Below, in pieces: positions 7,506 through 18,322 of a stretch of DNA of 64,000 nt. A program made the translations under genes and the position numbers. The DNA is from an uncultured cyanobacterium (GTDB lineage: Bacteria > Cyanobacteriota > Cyanobacteriia > Cyanobacteriales > Nostocaceae). Each line of letters opens with the position of its first letter. The stretch's first letter is position 1. The notes under the pieces were generated by a model. It saw nothing but the letters and a program-made list of their open reading frames with translations. It did not search any database and was not told where the DNA came from. Location: the NCBI GenBank assembly GCA_963706595.1, contig OY970166.1, forward strand, positions 2,048,001-2,112,000. The letters are read 5' to 3'.

Positions 7506-10500
7506 ATGGCACAGCTATTTTTTCGTAACTTGCGCTTGCTTTTGTTGGCGATTTTTTTGATTGTGGCTTGGGGAACTGTCACCTTTCAATCTCTACCTCG
7601 ATTGGAAGATCCAGAATTAACTTCTCGTTTTGCCCTAGTTACTACTTTTTTGCCAGGAGGAACCGCCGAACGCACCGAATCCCTGGTTACTGATCCCATT
7701 GAAGCGAAAATTGCCGAAATTCCGGAAGTGAAAACTTATGAGTCCACGTCACGCGCCGGGGTTTCCAGCATTTCCGTAGATTTACTCGATAGTGTGAGTA
7801 GGAGTCGTGTGCCTTTGGTGTGGTCACGGGTGCGGGATAAATTGCGGGAGGTGCAGGGGGAATTACCCAACGCCGCCAGTGAACCAGAATTAGATGAGGG
7901 AGAAGTGCGTGCCTATGCCCTGCTTACCGCCCTGACTTGGGAACAGTCTGATGCACCAAATTATGCCATTTTGCAACGACGGGCAGAGGTGTTAAAAAAT
8001 GCCTTGCGATCGCTCTCTGGCACAGATGAAGTGGAGATTTTTGGCGCACCGCAAGAAGAAATTACAGTGAATGTGAATACAGAAACTCTTGCTAGTTTAG
8101 GTATTACCGCCGCAGAATTAGCAGGGCAAATTCAACAAAGCGATGCCAAAACTTCCGCCGGACAGTTTCGCGGTGACAATACTTTGCTCTATGAAGTGCA
8201 GGGAGAATTGGATACCCTGAACCGTTTGCAGCAAATACCTGTAAGCTGTGCTAACTGTGAATCTAACCGGGAATTTCGGCTTTTGGCAGATATCGCCACC
8301 ATTGAAAAAGGAATTGCCACACCGCCCACAGAATTGGCATTTACTGCCGGTAAAGCCGCGATCGCCGTTGGTGTTTATGTCCAGTCCCAATATCGTCTGG
8401 ATCGCTGGGCTGTAGACGCACAGAAGGTGATTGATAGCTTTCGGGCTGATTTACCCAAGGGGATACAGTTAGAGATTGTCTTTGATCAGAGTCGTTATGT
8501 AACGGCGCGATTAAATAATCTCATCGGTAATTTGCTCTCTGGTACTTTGATGCTGTTCGTGATTTGCATTATCATGATGGGCTGGCAACAGGCATTAGCT
8601 GTACAGATGGCACTGCCGCTTTCAGTAGCGATCGCCCTGATTGTGATGGGCTTGTTGGGCATTCCCTTACATCAGATGTCGGTAACGGGGCTAATTGTAG
8701 CTTTGGGTATTCTGATTGATAATGCGATTATTCTCGTAGATGAGATGAATATCCGCCTGAAAGCGGGAATGTCTTTAGAAACCGCCATTACAGAAACTGT
8801 GCAGTATCTGCGTGCGCCTTTGCTGGGTGGGACATTAACCACTGTATTCTCCTTTGCACCTATTGCCTTACTTCCCGGTGCAACTGGTGAATTTGTCGGG
8901 ACGATTGGTTTAAATGTGATTGTGGCAGTGTTGGCTTCGCTGTTGGTAGCATTAACGATTTCGCCAGCGATTACCGCGAAAATTTATCAGTGGAATCATC
9001 GTCGCTCGTTCACCGCTAAAGGCATGATTGGTAAGGGAAAATGGGGGGAATCAGGATTTTCTCATCCTGCACTCACTGCTTCGTATCGCCGTTCTTTGCA
9101 GTGGTCGTTGCGGTATCCCAAACGCGCGATCGCCCTGACGCTGATTTTACCAGTCATGGGGTTTACCCTCATGACCACCTTAAGTTTACAATTCTTTCCG
9201 GCTGCTGACCGCGAACAGTTCATAGTAGAGTTAGAATTGCCTCCTACCAGTTCTCTAACGCAAATTCAGCAGTTGACACAAGAGGTAGAATCCACTTTAC
9301 GCAGTCATTCTGAAGTTCAACAAGTGTATTGGTTCTTGGGCAAGAGTGCGCCGAAAGTCTATTACAACCAACTCAATAATCGGGAGAACGAAAGCAGTTT
9401 TGCTGGGGCAATTGTGCAGATGAATGGCGTTGCTGCGGATAGCTTCATTCGCCAACTGCAAACGGAACTTAACAGCGCCTTTCCGAATGCTCGTGCTTTG
9501 GCGCGGTTGTTTGAACAGGGACCACCTTTTGAAGCCCCAATTGAGTTACGCATTTACGGCTCTGATGTAGATCGCCTGCAACAATTAAGTGAGCAACTCC
9601 GGGCAGTTTTGGCAGAAGTTCCGACTATTACTCACATTCGCAGTCGCCTTAACGATGTGCTTCCCCAACTGTCCCTAGATATTGACGAACCAGAAGCGCG
9701 ATCGCGAGGTTTAAGCCGTCGAGAAATTGCTCAACAATTGCAAATCATCACCGAAGGGGTAACTGGTGGCACAATTTTAGAAGATACCGAAGAAGTGCCT
9801 GTACGGGTGCGTCTAAGTAATAGCGATCGCGCTGACTTAAGCCAATTGCAATCAGTGAATCTGCTAACAAGCAATCGTAACGGCTACATTCCCTTAGAAA
9901 CCATTGGTAAACTCAGTTTAGTCCCCAAAAATGCCGCCATCACTCGCAAAAACGGTCGGAGAGTCAGCACAGTGCAGGGCTATCTCACAGCCGGAACCTT
10001 ACCTGCTAACGCTCTGGCTGATTTTCGCCAACGCTTGCAAAACTCGTTCTCCCTACCTCAAGGCTATAGTTTAGAATTTGGTGGTGAAGAAGCAGAACGT
10101 AACAGCGCCACTGGGGGACTACTCGGTTACGGCATTGTGCTAGGAATTGCCTTAGTGGTAACTCTGGTACTTTCGATGAATTCTTTCGCCCTGGCGGGTT
10201 TGATTGGTATGGTAGCGATTCTTGCCATTGGTTTGGGCGGATTATCGGTTTGGCTATTCGGTTATCCCTTTGGTTTTAATCCCATTATTGGCACTGTGGG
10301 ACTGATTGGGGTGGCGGTGAATGATGCGATTACCGTTCTCACTGCTGTCAAGAGTGATACCCTGGCACAGACAGGCGATCGCCCAGCCATAGTCGAAACC
10401 GTCATCCACACTACGCGCCATGTCCTGACAACCACATTCACCACGATGGCAGGTTTTATTCCTCTGATTCTCGGTGGTGGTGGATTTTGGCCTCCTTTAG

Positions 10501-10637
10501 CAGTGGTAATTGCCGGTGGTGTAGCTGGTGCAACCATTCTCGCTCTTTACTTTATTCCCTGTGCTTATTTATTATTGTCATCAAAGAAGCGATCGCCTCA
10601 AAACTCCCGGCGTTCCATAAATACGGTTCACTATTAA
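7506..10637 (+). CDS. RND efflux transporter permease (AcrB/AcrD/AcrF family)
   Basis: 1043 aa; LPRLEDP, GILIDNAII, TTFTTMAGFIPL motifs; two TM/periplasmic halves. Confidence 0.95.
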   Translation: MAQLFFRNLRLLLLAIFLIVAWGTVTFQSLPRLEDPELTSRFALVTTFLPGGTAERTESLVTDPIEAKIAEIPEVKTYESTSRAGVSSISVDLLDSVSRSRVPLVWSRVRDKLREVQGELPNAASEPELDEGEVRAYALLTALTWEQSDAPNYAILQRRAEVLKNALRSLSGTDEVEIFGAPQEEITVNVNTETLASLGITAAELAGQIQQSDAKTSAGQFRGDNTLLYEVQGELDTLNRLQQIPVSCANCESNREFRLLADIATIEKGIATPPTELAFTAGKAAIAVGVYVQSQYRLDRWAVDAQKVIDSFRADLPKGIQLEIVFDQSRYVTARLNNLIGNLLSGTLMLFVICIIMMGWQQALAVQMALPLSVAIALIVMGLLGIPLHQMSVTGLIVALGILIDNAIILVDEMNIRLKAGMSLETAITETVQYLRAPLLGGTLTTVFSFAPIALLPGATGEFVGTIGLNVIVAVLASLLVALTISPAITAKIYQWNHRRSFTAKGMIGKGKWGESGFSHPALTASYRRSLQWSLRYPKRAIALTLILPVMGFTLMTTLSLQFFPAADREQFIVELELPPTSSLTQIQQLTQEVESTLRSHSEVQQVYWFLGKSAPKVYYNQLNNRENESSFAGAIVQMNGVAADSFIRQLQTELNSAFPNARALARLFEQGPPFEAPIELRIYGSDVDRLQQLSEQLRAVLAEVPTITHIRSRLNDVLPQLSLDIDEPEARSRGLSRREIAQQLQIITEGVTGGTILEDTEEVPVRVRLSNSDRADLSQLQSVNLLTSNRNGYIPLETIGKLSLVPKNAAITRKNGRRVSTVQGYLTAGTLPANALADFRQRLQNSFSLPQGYSLEFGGEEAERNSATGGLLGYGIVLGIALVVTLVLSMNSFALAGLIGMVAILAIGLGGLSVWLFGYPFGFNPIIGTVGLIGVAVNDAITVLTAVKSDTLAQTGDRPAIVETVIHTTRHVLTTTFTTMAGFIPLILGGGGFWPPLAVVIAGGVAGATILALYFIPCAYLLLSSKKRSPQNSRRSINTVHY

Positions 10638-10692
10638 TGGTGTCTAGAAGCGGATAATTTGATTCTACCAAAACAATTTTGAGTATTTTAAC

Positions 10693-11304
10693 CTATTGAC
10701 TTGCGGCTAATTTACCCCAACTCACATAAGGCAGTTGAGCCGCCGTAGCTCGAACTTCTTCAGCATTAGCCACTAACTGACCGCAAGCATCCCATGTCCC
10801 AGCAATAAAAGTGCTGCGAGTGCCGTCATTCATGGTAACTTTGGCTGTATAGTCACCAATTTGCACTTCTAAAGTTTCCAAATTCACCGTCACAGCAGCT
10901 TGGGCATTAGCTACTACTAACTCTTGCAGTTTTTTGACTGTGACTGCATCGGCTGTTAAACAAGGGATACCCATTGCTACACAGTTACCAAAAAATATTT
11001 CGGCGAAACTTTCACCAATTAAAGCTTGAATTCCCCATTTAGCGATCGCCTGGGGTGCGTGTTCTCGTGATGAACCACAGCCAAAATTACGGTTAACGAT
11101 TAAAACGTTTGCCCCTTGATATTCTGCTTTGTCAAAAGGATGTTCGCCTTTTAATGCTGTACGGTCATCGATAAATACCCCTTCACCCAATCCATCAAAG
11201 GTGATGGCTTTCAAATAACGGGCGGGAATAATCCTATCTGTATCTATATCATCCCCAATAAGGATTATACCGCGCCCTGAGATTTTTTTAACTTCACTGA
11301 CCAT
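10693..11304 (-). CDS. leuD: 3-isopropylmalate dehydratase small subunit
   Basis: [14 protein letters not shown] and [14 protein letters not shown]; start revised to MVSEVKK. Confidence 0.97.
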   Translation of the reverse strand: MVSEVKKISGRGIILIGDDIDTDRIIPARYLKAITFDGLGEGVFIDDRTALKGEHPFDKAEYQGANVLIVNRNFGCGSSREHAPQAIAKWGIQALIGESFAEIFFGNCVAMGIPCLTADAVTVKKLQELVVANAQAAVTVNLETLEVQIGDYTAKVTMNDGTRSTFIAGTWDACGQLVANAEEVRATAAQLPYVSWGKLAASQ

Positions 11305-11533
11305 AAATTTAAATTTTGACTCGATTTTTGACAACAATCTAATTACAAGAGATTTTCTGAAAAAAATCCCCAATTTGTAGGGTGGGTTAGGCGCACAACA
11401 CCAGATAATCAAGATTAAGATTTATTAAGCTTGCGCCGTAACCCACCATTTACCTTCTTAAACTCCTCCTCTCTGCGCCTCTGCTTACTGAGCGAAGTCG
11501 AAGTATGCGCCTTTGCGCGAAACTAATCCATAT

Positions 11534-12937
11534 TTATAACAACTCGCGCACATCTGAAACTTCCCCTTTAATAGCCGCAGTCGCCACCATAGCCGGACTC
11601 ATTAATAATGTGCGTCCAGAAGAGGAACCTTGTCTACCTTTAAAATTGCGGTTAGAGGAAGACGCGCTGATTTGTCTACCTTGGAGTTTGTCCGGGTTCA
11701 TAGCTAAACACATAGAACATCCCGGTTCACGCCACTCAAATCCGGCTGCTGCAAAGATTTTATCCAGTCCTTCGGCTTCGGCTTGTTGCTTCACCCGTTC
11801 CGAACCAGGGACAACAAAAGCTTTCACACCCTCCGCAACGTGACGACCTTGAGCAATTTTTGCTGCTTCTCGTAAATCGCTAATTCTGCCGTTGGTGCAA
11901 CTCCCAATAAAGCAGACATCAATTTTAGTGCCTTTTATCGGTTGACCGGGAAACAAATCCATATATTGATAAGCTTCTTCCGCAATAAATCGGTCTTCTT
12001 CTAATAGTTCTTCCGGCTTGGGTATAAATTGATTTACGCCGATACCTTGACCGGGTGTAATTCCCCAAGTGACTGTGGGGGAAATATCCGCCGCATCGAA
12101 GACTACAACATCATCGTATTCAGCATCAGCATCACTCTTGATGGATTCCCACCAAGCCACAGCTTTGTCCCATTCTCCACCTTTAGGAGCGAAGTCTCTA
12201 CCTTTTAAGTAATCATAAGTGACTTGATCAGGGTTGACATAACCGCATCTCGCGCCACCTTCAATAGCCATGTTGCAAACGGTCATCCGTTCTTCCATGT
12301 TCATTTGGTCAAAGGTGGTTCCAGCGTATTCATACGCATAACCTACGCCACCTTTTACACCTAATGTCCGAATGATGTGCAGAATCACATCTTTGGCGTA
12401 AACACCAGGGTTTAAAGTCCCGTTAACTTCAACTTTGCGAACTTTGAGTTTCGATAAAGCCAGGGTTTGAGAGGCGAGAACATCTCGCACTTGACTAGTA
12501 CCAATGCCAAATGCGATCGCACCGAATGCGCCGTGGCTAGATGTGTGACTATCACCACAAGCAATGGTCATTCCTGGCTGAGTCAGTCCTTGTTCTGGGG
12601 CGATGACATGGACTATCCCTTGATTACCAGAACCGATGTTATGAAAGGTAATATTATTTTCTTGACAGTTTTGTTCTAAAGCCTGGATCATATCTTCCGC
12701 CATGCTGTCAATAAATGGTCGGGCTTGGTTTTCAGTCGGGACGATGTGATCGACTGTGGCTATAGTTCGTTCTGGAAACAGCATCTTCAAACCCCTTTCC
12801 CGCAACATGGCAAAGGCTTGGGGACTGGTGACTTCGTGAATCAGGTGAAGCCCGATAAATAGTTGCGTCAGCCCTGAAGGAAGTGTTCCAACGGTGTGTA
12901 AGTTCCAAACTTTATCAAACAGGGTGCCTTTGCTCAT
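11534..12937 (-). CDS. leuC: 3-isopropylmalate dehydratase large subunit
   Basis: [33 protein letters not shown]. Confidence 0.98.
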   Translation of the reverse strand: MSKGTLFDKVWNLHTVGTLPSGLTQLFIGLHLIHEVTSPQAFAMLRERGLKMLFPERTIATVDHIVPTENQARPFIDSMAEDMIQALEQNCQENNITFHNIGSGNQGIVHVIAPEQGLTQPGMTIACGDSHTSSHGAFGAIAFGIGTSQVRDVLASQTLALSKLKVRKVEVNGTLNPGVYAKDVILHIIRTLGVKGGVGYAYEYAGTTFDQMNMEERMTVCNMAIEGGARCGYVNPDQVTYDYLKGRDFAPKGGEWDKAVAWWESIKSDADAEYDDVVVFDAADISPTVTWGITPGQGIGVNQFIPKPEELLEEDRFIAEEAYQYMDLFPGQPIKGTKIDVCFIGSCTNGRISDLREAAKIAQGRHVAEGVKAFVVPGSERVKQQAEAEGLDKIFAAAGFEWREPGCSMCLAMNPDKLQGRQISASSSNRNFKGRQGSSSGRTLLMSPAMVATAAIKGEVSDVRELL

Positions 12938-13060
12938 ACAAAAATCGTTATTTCACGAGTTAGAGCTACTATCGTATCAAAAAGTGTCCGGCTTTTGCTG
13001 TTTTTCCAAAGGGCTGTTCCTATGATTATCACTACCTGTATATTTTCTGCGTTGCTTGAT

Positions 13061-13207
13061 GGTAAATATCGTTTTCAATTCATTTCGTTAGCAATAGATT
13101 TACTGCGATATCAGGAGTTAGAACAAGCTTATCATGAAGCTGCGGCGGAATTTAAGCCAGAATGGGATTTGACCGTCGGGGATGGGCTGACAGATGAAAT
13201 GTGGTGA
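13061..13207 (+). pseudogene. 5'-truncated CopG/RHH-type antitoxin (MazE-like)
   Basis: ISLAIDLLRYQELEQAYHEAAAE..PEWDLTVGDGLTDEMW resembles cyanobacterial antitoxin C-termini; DNA-binding N-terminus missing; overlaps the toxin start. Confidence 0.6.
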
Positions 13208-13391
13208 AATTTATTTTGCAAATCTCAGTCCCGCAGTCGGTTCAGAAATGGATAAACTTTGTTCTGTAATGATTGTCAGCAATGACGCTAATAATGCCTC
13301 GAATACGGTGACTATTTTACCAATTACATCTAATATGATTCGTGTATATCTTTTAACACATCCTGATCAAGATATTAAAACTAATCTTTGA
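13194..13391 (+). pseudogene. mazF: Truncated MazF/PemK toxin
   Basis: MKCGEIYFANLSPAVGSEMDKLCSVMIVSND..VTILPITSN; the catalytic RP motif is altered and the C-terminal half is absent. Confidence 0.75.
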
Positions 13392-13397
13392 GGCAAT

Positions 13398-14357
13398 ATG
13401 CCAGAAAATACTAGCTTTGCTTTTGTTGCTAATTTACTTGATGTTAACTGCAATCTACCTTTTAAAGTTATTGAAAATTGCTACTTTCAAAAAGCTGATT
13501 CTATCCAAACTGGCATAATCAAAAAACATTTATTAGATTCAGGATATTTTTCATTTGGTCAATGTCCCTATGAAGTAATATGGGTTGAGAAAAATACGGA
13601 GGCACAGCAAAACAAGGAGTTTACAATTCAGCGACTTGAACAAAAAGATTGGAAATATTATGTAATAAATTTTCAGGGGAACATTGGTGAAATATTTAAT
13701 TTATCCTTGGCGGCAAATTTACTAGAAATAGAACTAGAATTCAACTTAAAATTTCGCTCTTGTGACCAAAAAAAAAGCCAAGAATTTGGGCTTATAAAAA
13801 ATCTTACACACGCATTTAATTATTTCCATGAAATAGAGATGACTGTGCCGCCTTTCATTGAAGTCATTGATGATACAACTTTACAAAATTTAGGCATAAT
13901 ATATAAAAATTATCAGCAATTAGATGAAATTAAGTATCCAGATATAAAAAAAGCTATTAATATGCTTGAAGATATGAAGCATCTTCCTCATAATTCTAAA
14001 TTTAAAGTTCTGGGATTATTTACCATAATTGAATTTTTAATTACACATAAGCCAATTGATACAGGAGATTCAATTACACGACAAGTCACAAATAAAATAA
14101 ATTTATTATCAAAGCGTTTTATTAATCAACTCGATTATTCTCAGTCTTTTGGGAGTACACCCGAAAGTACAATTTGGAAAAAACTTTACTCTTACAGAAG
14201 TAAGATAGCACACGGTGGTCAACCCGATTTTGCGAAAGAGCTATCAGTATTAAAAGATGATTTGACTGCCAACAAATTCTTAAAATTAGTTGTAAAAATG
14301 CTTTTAAGACACTCTCTAATAGAACCTCAACTATACACTGATTTGAGAGAATGCTAA
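13398..14357 (+). CDS. HEPN domain protein (ApeA-like HEPN), putative RNase
   Basis: C-terminal LFTIIEFL...LYSYRSKIAHG (Rx4H); AT-rich, no HIP1 seen. Confidence 0.75.
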   Translation: MPENTSFAFVANLLDVNCNLPFKVIENCYFQKADSIQTGIIKKHLLDSGYFSFGQCPYEVIWVEKNTEAQQNKEFTIQRLEQKDWKYYVINFQGNIGEIFNLSLAANLLEIELEFNLKFRSCDQKKSQEFGLIKNLTHAFNYFHEIEMTVPPFIEVIDDTTLQNLGIIYKNYQQLDEIKYPDIKKAINMLEDMKHLPHNSKFKVLGLFTIIEFLITHKPIDTGDSITRQVTNKINLLSKRFINQLDYSQSFGSTPESTIWKKLYSYRSKIAHGGQPDFAKELSVLKDDLTANKFLKLVVKMLLRHSLIEPQLYTDLREC

Positions 14358-14439
14358 ACTAATTTAGATTAAATTCATGCTTAAGCAAAAAAAATTACAA
14401 ATCCGTGAACTGATGATTTTTTTATATTTTAGATGCGTA

Positions 14440-14545
14440 GTAGCGTGGCAAGCTTAAAATAGTGCATTAGGTAAAAAGCAGAAAACATTGATTTATCTCG
14501 ATTTTCTCAAAAATCTATTGCAACATTTTAGCCTTGTCACGCCAG
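14440..14545. mobile_element. IS630-derived MITE copy 4 (inverted)
   Basis: Reverse complement of the 1046-type unit, TA-flanked. Confidence 0.9.
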
Positions 14546-14547
14546 TA

Positions 14548-14652
14548 GTAGCGTGGCAAGCTTAAAATGGGGCATTAGGAAAAAGCAGACAACATTGATT
14601 TATCTCGATTTTCTCAAAAATCTATTGCAACATTTTAGCCTTGTCACGCCAC
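14548..14652. mobile_element. IS630-derived MITE copy 5 (inverted), followed by a 10-bp stub of another copy
   Basis: Tandem unit after TA; CTGGCGTGGC stub at 14655-14664. Confidence 0.88.
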
Positions 14653-14681
14653 TACTGGCGTGGCTGATAACTGTTAAAACG

Positions 14682-14845
14682 GCTACGGTGTACATACAAA
14701 TGATTCGGTAACTCAAAATTATGTTTTGTAGGGTGTGTTGTCGCGTAGCGCAACGCACCATCCTAGATTATCGGTGCGTTAGGACTAAAGTCCATAACGC
14801 ACCCTACCCAAATAAAAGGTTTTTGGACTTGTGTGTACACGCTAG
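14682..14845. mobile_element. MITE carrying REP-like hairpins
   Basis: Ends CTACGGTGTACATACAA...TTGTGTGTACACGCTAG. Confidence 0.6.
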
Positions 14846-14852
14846 GTTAAAA

Positions 14853-14937
14853 CGGAGAGGGGGGGATTCGAACCCCCGTTGGGTTTCCCCAAAACGCATT
14901 TCGAGTGCGTCACCATCAACCACTCGGACACCTCTCC
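14853..14937 (-). tRNA. tRNA-Ser(CGA)
   Basis: GGAGAGGTGTCCGAGTGGTTGATGGTG ACGCA CT CGA AA TGCGT, long variable arm, GGTTCGAATCCC T-loop, CCTCTCCG. Confidence 0.96.
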
Positions 14938-15071
14938 AGTTATGTATTCAATTGAGGTGAATGCCATCAGACTTCCCGCACTTATCGGCACTTAATTATT
15001 TATTGCCGATATTTTGTCCGTAAGTTTAGCAAACACCATAAACCATCATAGCATCCCCAAGGATTTCATAG

Positions 15072-16181
15072 TTAAGTTAAAACTAAATTATCTCGATGAA
15101 TCACAGTTTCAGCACCTACATAGCCCAAAATTGTGAAAATTTCCCTAGAATGGCAGCCGCTAATCTTTTGGAGTTCGTCGCTGCTATAGTTAACAAGGCC
15201 TCTGGCAATTTCGTTTCCCTGATTGTCGCACAACTGCACGGCTTCTTGAGCGTCAAACTCTCCTGATACTGATTTAATTCCAGCAGCTAATAAGGATTTT
15301 CCTGCCTGGGCGATCGCCGCGATCGCCCCCGTATCCAAGTATAATTTTCCCGCCGGGACTAAACCATAAGCAATCCAACGTTTCCGCGCCGAAGTTGGTT
15401 CTGGCTGTGGTTGAAAATGAGTCCCCAGAAGTTCCCCTGCGATAATTTTCTCAATATTCTGCGGAAATCGTCCTTGAGTAATGACGGTACGCACTCCCGC
15501 AGCAATCGCAATTCTGGCGGCGGAAATTTTAGTGGACATCCCACCAGTACCCCATTGAGAACCTGGAGAGGTGGTTTGCACTTGTAATTCTGCTAATTCT
15601 TTGAGGTTACTTACCAAAGATATGGGTTGTGCATCGGGTACAGAACGGGGATCGGCGGAATATAGCTTGTCTACATCGGTGAGGATAAATAACCAATCTG
15701 CTTCGACTAAACTCGCCACCAATGCTGAAAGAGTGTCATTATCGCCAAATTTCAGTTCGTCCACTGCAACTGTATCATTTTCATTGACTACAGGAATTAC
15801 ACCCAGTCCCAGGAGTTCCCGAAAAGTGTTGTAAGCATTGAGATAGCGGCTACGTTGTACCAAGTCGCTCCGCGTCAGTAATACTTGAGCAATGGGCTGA
15901 TTTAATGTAGTAAATAAATCATCGTATATCCGCATTAACCGACCCTGACCCACTGCTGCTACTGCTTGTTTGAGAGCGATCGCTTTCGGGCGTTCAGTTA
16001 AGCCCAACCTAGCACAACCCACTCCCACAGCACCAGAGGAAACTAAAATCACTCGATGCCCTTGCTGCCTTAAATGGCAAAGTGTCTCTGCTAAAGTAGC
16101 AATGGTAGAAAGCGCTAGCTGTCCGGTTTCTGGTTGAGTAAGGCTAGAAGTGCCGATTTTGACAACAATTGTCTTAGTCAT
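15072..16181 (-). CDS. proB: Glutamate 5-kinase
   Basis: [33 protein letters not shown]-terminal PUA domain. Confidence 0.97.
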   Translation of the reverse strand: MTKTIVVKIGTSSLTQPETGQLALSTIATLAETLCHLRQQGHRVILVSSGAVGVGCARLGLTERPKAIALKQAVAAVGQGRLMRIYDDLFTTLNQPIAQVLLTRSDLVQRSRYLNAYNTFRELLGLGVIPVVNENDTVAVDELKFGDNDTLSALVASLVEADWLFILTDVDKLYSADPRSVPDAQPISLVSNLKELAELQVQTTSPGSQWGTGGMSTKISAARIAIAAGVRTVITQGRFPQNIEKIIAGELLGTHFQPQPEPTSARKRWIAYGLVPAGKLYLDTGAIAAIAQAGKSLLAAGIKSVSGEFDAQEAVQLCDNQGNEIARGLVNYSSDELQKISGCHSREIFTILGYVGAETVIHRDNLVLT

Positions 16182-16223
16182 TAGTCATTAGTCATTAGTC
16201 ATTAGTCATTAGTCATTAGTCAT
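16174..16223. repeat. Heptamer tandem repeat (TTAGTCA)7 over the proB start
   Basis: Directly visible. Confidence 0.9.
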
Positions 16224-16493
16224 ATCATGTTCCTTGGATGACATGAAACCTCTTGTCTCCCCTCCTCGCTTGCGGTCTGGGGCTGGGGGTGGGATGTTAG
16301 ATTGTGGTAAAAATTTGTAAAGCGCCGATCCTTCTATATGTGAAGGCCGACGCTCTACGGGTTTATTTTTATCTATTATGAACTAGGGTCTTTATTTGGC
16401 TGACCCCATATTATCAATTGTCATAATGCCCGATTTTTGTATCCTATTTACATTCCTTAATTATTTCTTTAGATTTACTTTAATCACCATTTC

Positions 16494-17033
16494 TCAAGTT
16501 TTGTGAATTTTTGTCTCTTTAGGAGTAATAGTGGCTCCCAAGATTTCCGATAACCAAACTTCAAAATTGCGGATCGGATGCGATCGCAAGGCTGCACCAG
16601 GATGGATAATTGGTTCTACTAAAACAGTGAACATTCCTAAACGATTACCCGCGATGACATCGGTAAATAAGCGATCGCCCACCATTCCCACTTGGTTGGC
16701 TGGTAGATTCATCGCTGTGAGTGCGGCTCTAATTTTCCGTCGTGATGGCTTGGCTGCACCTAAATAATAGGGCAAATTGAGCGATCGCGCGATGCCACCG
16801 ATGCGGGATTCACTGAGATTATTACTTACCAAAAACAAATCTGTACAAATACGAATTTGCTCTACCCATTGTTCTAATTCTGGTGAAGCTAGCCCCACTG
16901 TAAACGGTACTAGGGTGTCATCCACATCCAACACCAGACCCTTCAGCCCGTATTGTTGAATCATTTCAGGTGTCAGGTTTAATACAGAACCTTCTAAAAT
17001 CAAATCAGGCTGTAAGAGCTTGTTCCAGATCAT
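16494..17033 (-). CDS. yqeG: YqeG family HAD-IIIA phosphatase
   Basis: LDVDDTL, VSNN, AKP, VGDRLFTD. Confidence 0.92.
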   Translation of the reverse strand: MIWNKLLQPDLILEGSVLNLTPEMIQQYGLKGLVLDVDDTLVPFTVGLASPELEQWVEQIRICTDLFLVSNNLSESRIGGIARSLNLPYYLGAAKPSRRKIRAALTAMNLPANQVGMVGDRLFTDVIAGNRLGMFTVLVEPIIHPGAALRSHPIRNFEVWLSEILGATITPKETKIHKT

Positions 17034-17046
17034 GTGAATTTTGAAT

Positions 17047-17619
17047 TTATTCGACTTCGTTAAAAAGTTGTTCTTCTAACAGTGGTTGTACTTTCTTAAA
17101 TTCCTCTGGGGAAAGTAATTCTGGTTTGCCGGTGGTCGAAATTCGGGCAAAAAACAGCAGAGGATCGAGTGGTGTATAAACTGCGTATTCTTGATCTGTA
17201 TCATAGAAGCTAGCTAGTAGCTGCAATTGTTCAGGCTCCAAATCAGCCTCTTCATCTTCGATTTCTAAAGTGAAAAGTTCTGATTCTTCCACTGCTGGTA
17301 AATCACCCGCCACAGTCAGAGCATAAGCAGTATTTTTGACGATCAGATTTTGTTCGGCTAAGACAGCTTGAGCCGTGGCAAAAATTTGGTTAATGACATC
17401 ATCATCATCTACCAAAACCGCCTCTTCTTCTTCTTCGTCACCTTGCCAAGCAAAAATTTCTATGGGTGAGTCTACAGGGAGCAGTAAGACATATTCTTGT
17501 CCATCTACCGAAAGCGAATGTTCAACATAACATTCGAGGGTTCGGCCTGTGTCATCGGTCAGAGTGATGGAACCTGCATGAGCATGATCATTTTCTTCAG
17601 GAAATGGAGAGGGGAACAT
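17047..17619 (-). CDS. DUF3727 family acidic protein
   Basis: Acidic protein with YVLLLPVD and YTPLDP, in the usual ruvX-yqeG context. Confidence 0.75.
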   Translation of the reverse strand: MFPSPFPEENDHAHAGSITLTDDTGRTLECYVEHSLSVDGQEYVLLLPVDSPIEIFAWQGDEEEEEAVLVDDDDVINQIFATAQAVLAEQNLIVKNTAYALTVAGDLPAVEESELFTLEIEDEEADLEPEQLQLLASFYDTDQEYAVYTPLDPLLFFARISTTGKPELLSPEEFKKVQPLLEEQLFNEVE

Positions 17620-17759
17620 AGCCGAAGTGTAAAATTTTATAAATACCAGCAAATGTACAAATTTCTTGACTGTTTAATGACCAACTCAGTCAAAAAAATA
17701 GCTTCAGAACTCGATACAAATGTTGGTGATTAGCTTTCAGAATATCATGTAAAAAGGTA

Positions 17760-18236
17760 TCAATACTCTAAGGCTAGCACCGATTTCTGGAAGTTGGCTC
17801 GCCTGGTGTCCAGCCATTGTTGCAAAATTATCGAAGCTGCCTTCCGGTCAATTAAACCTTTATGGCGTGATGGGGAGCGATTTTCAGCTATTAACAGTTG
17901 CTCTGCTTGAAAAGAAGTTAATCGCTCATCTACATATTCCACAGGTAAATTGAGTGCTTTCCCCAACTTTTTGCCAAATTTCTGCACTTGACGCGCCTGG
18001 AATCCGAGAGTCCCATCCATTGAGTAAGGTAAACCCATCACCAGGACTTGCACCTGACGCTCATTCACTAAGTTGCGGACTTGCTGCACATCTCGCTCAA
18101 AAGATGTCCGCTCAATGGTGGTCAGTCCTGTAGCAATTAAACCCGTACCATCGCACCCCGCTACACCCATCCGCTTGCGACCGAAATCTAAACCCAATGC
18201 TGAAATAAACGGTTGTGGTTGCTCTTGGGGTGTCAT
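17760..18236 (-). CDS. ruvX: RuvX/YqgF pre-16S rRNA nuclease
   Basis: LGLDFGRKRMGVA, MGLP, VDERLTS, IDRKAASIILQ. Confidence 0.95.
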   Translation of the reverse strand: MTPQEQPQPFISALGLDFGRKRMGVAGCDGTGLIATGLTTIERTSFERDVQQVRNLVNERQVQVLVMGLPYSMDGTLGFQARQVQKFGKKLGKALNLPVEYVDERLTSFQAEQLLIAENRSPSRHKGLIDRKAASIILQQWLDTRRANFQKSVLALEY

Positions 18237-18238
18237 AG

Positions 18239-18270
18239 GATTTTAGATTTTAGATTTTAGATTTTAGATT
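18239..18270. repeat. Heptamer tandem repeat (GATTTTA)n
   Basis: Directly visible. Confidence 0.85.
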
Positions 18271-18322
18271 GATTTCACAGATAAATCTGGGGACTTGTAC
18301 TATTAACAAAGAATTAGTCAAA

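Noticed and set aside
7159..7512. 117-aa minus-strand ORF with YQLSVISYQLSV
   Set aside because: Translation of a heptamer repeat, antisense to the efflux genes
6220..10537. Numerous antisense ORFs inside the RND genes, and similar ones inside leuC, proB, ppx and the GTs
   Set aside because: Shadow ORFs of well-supported genes
11305..11412. N-terminal extension of LeuD in the ORF track
   Set aside because: Runs through an intergenic REP-like repeat; the LeuD-like sequence begins at MVSEVKK
14721..14960. 79-aa ORF
   Set aside because: Overlaps a repeat and the antisense strand of tRNA-Ser
16174..16223. Heptamer tandem repeats and HIP1 sites as novel signals
   Set aside because: Well-known features of heterocystous cyanobacterial genomes
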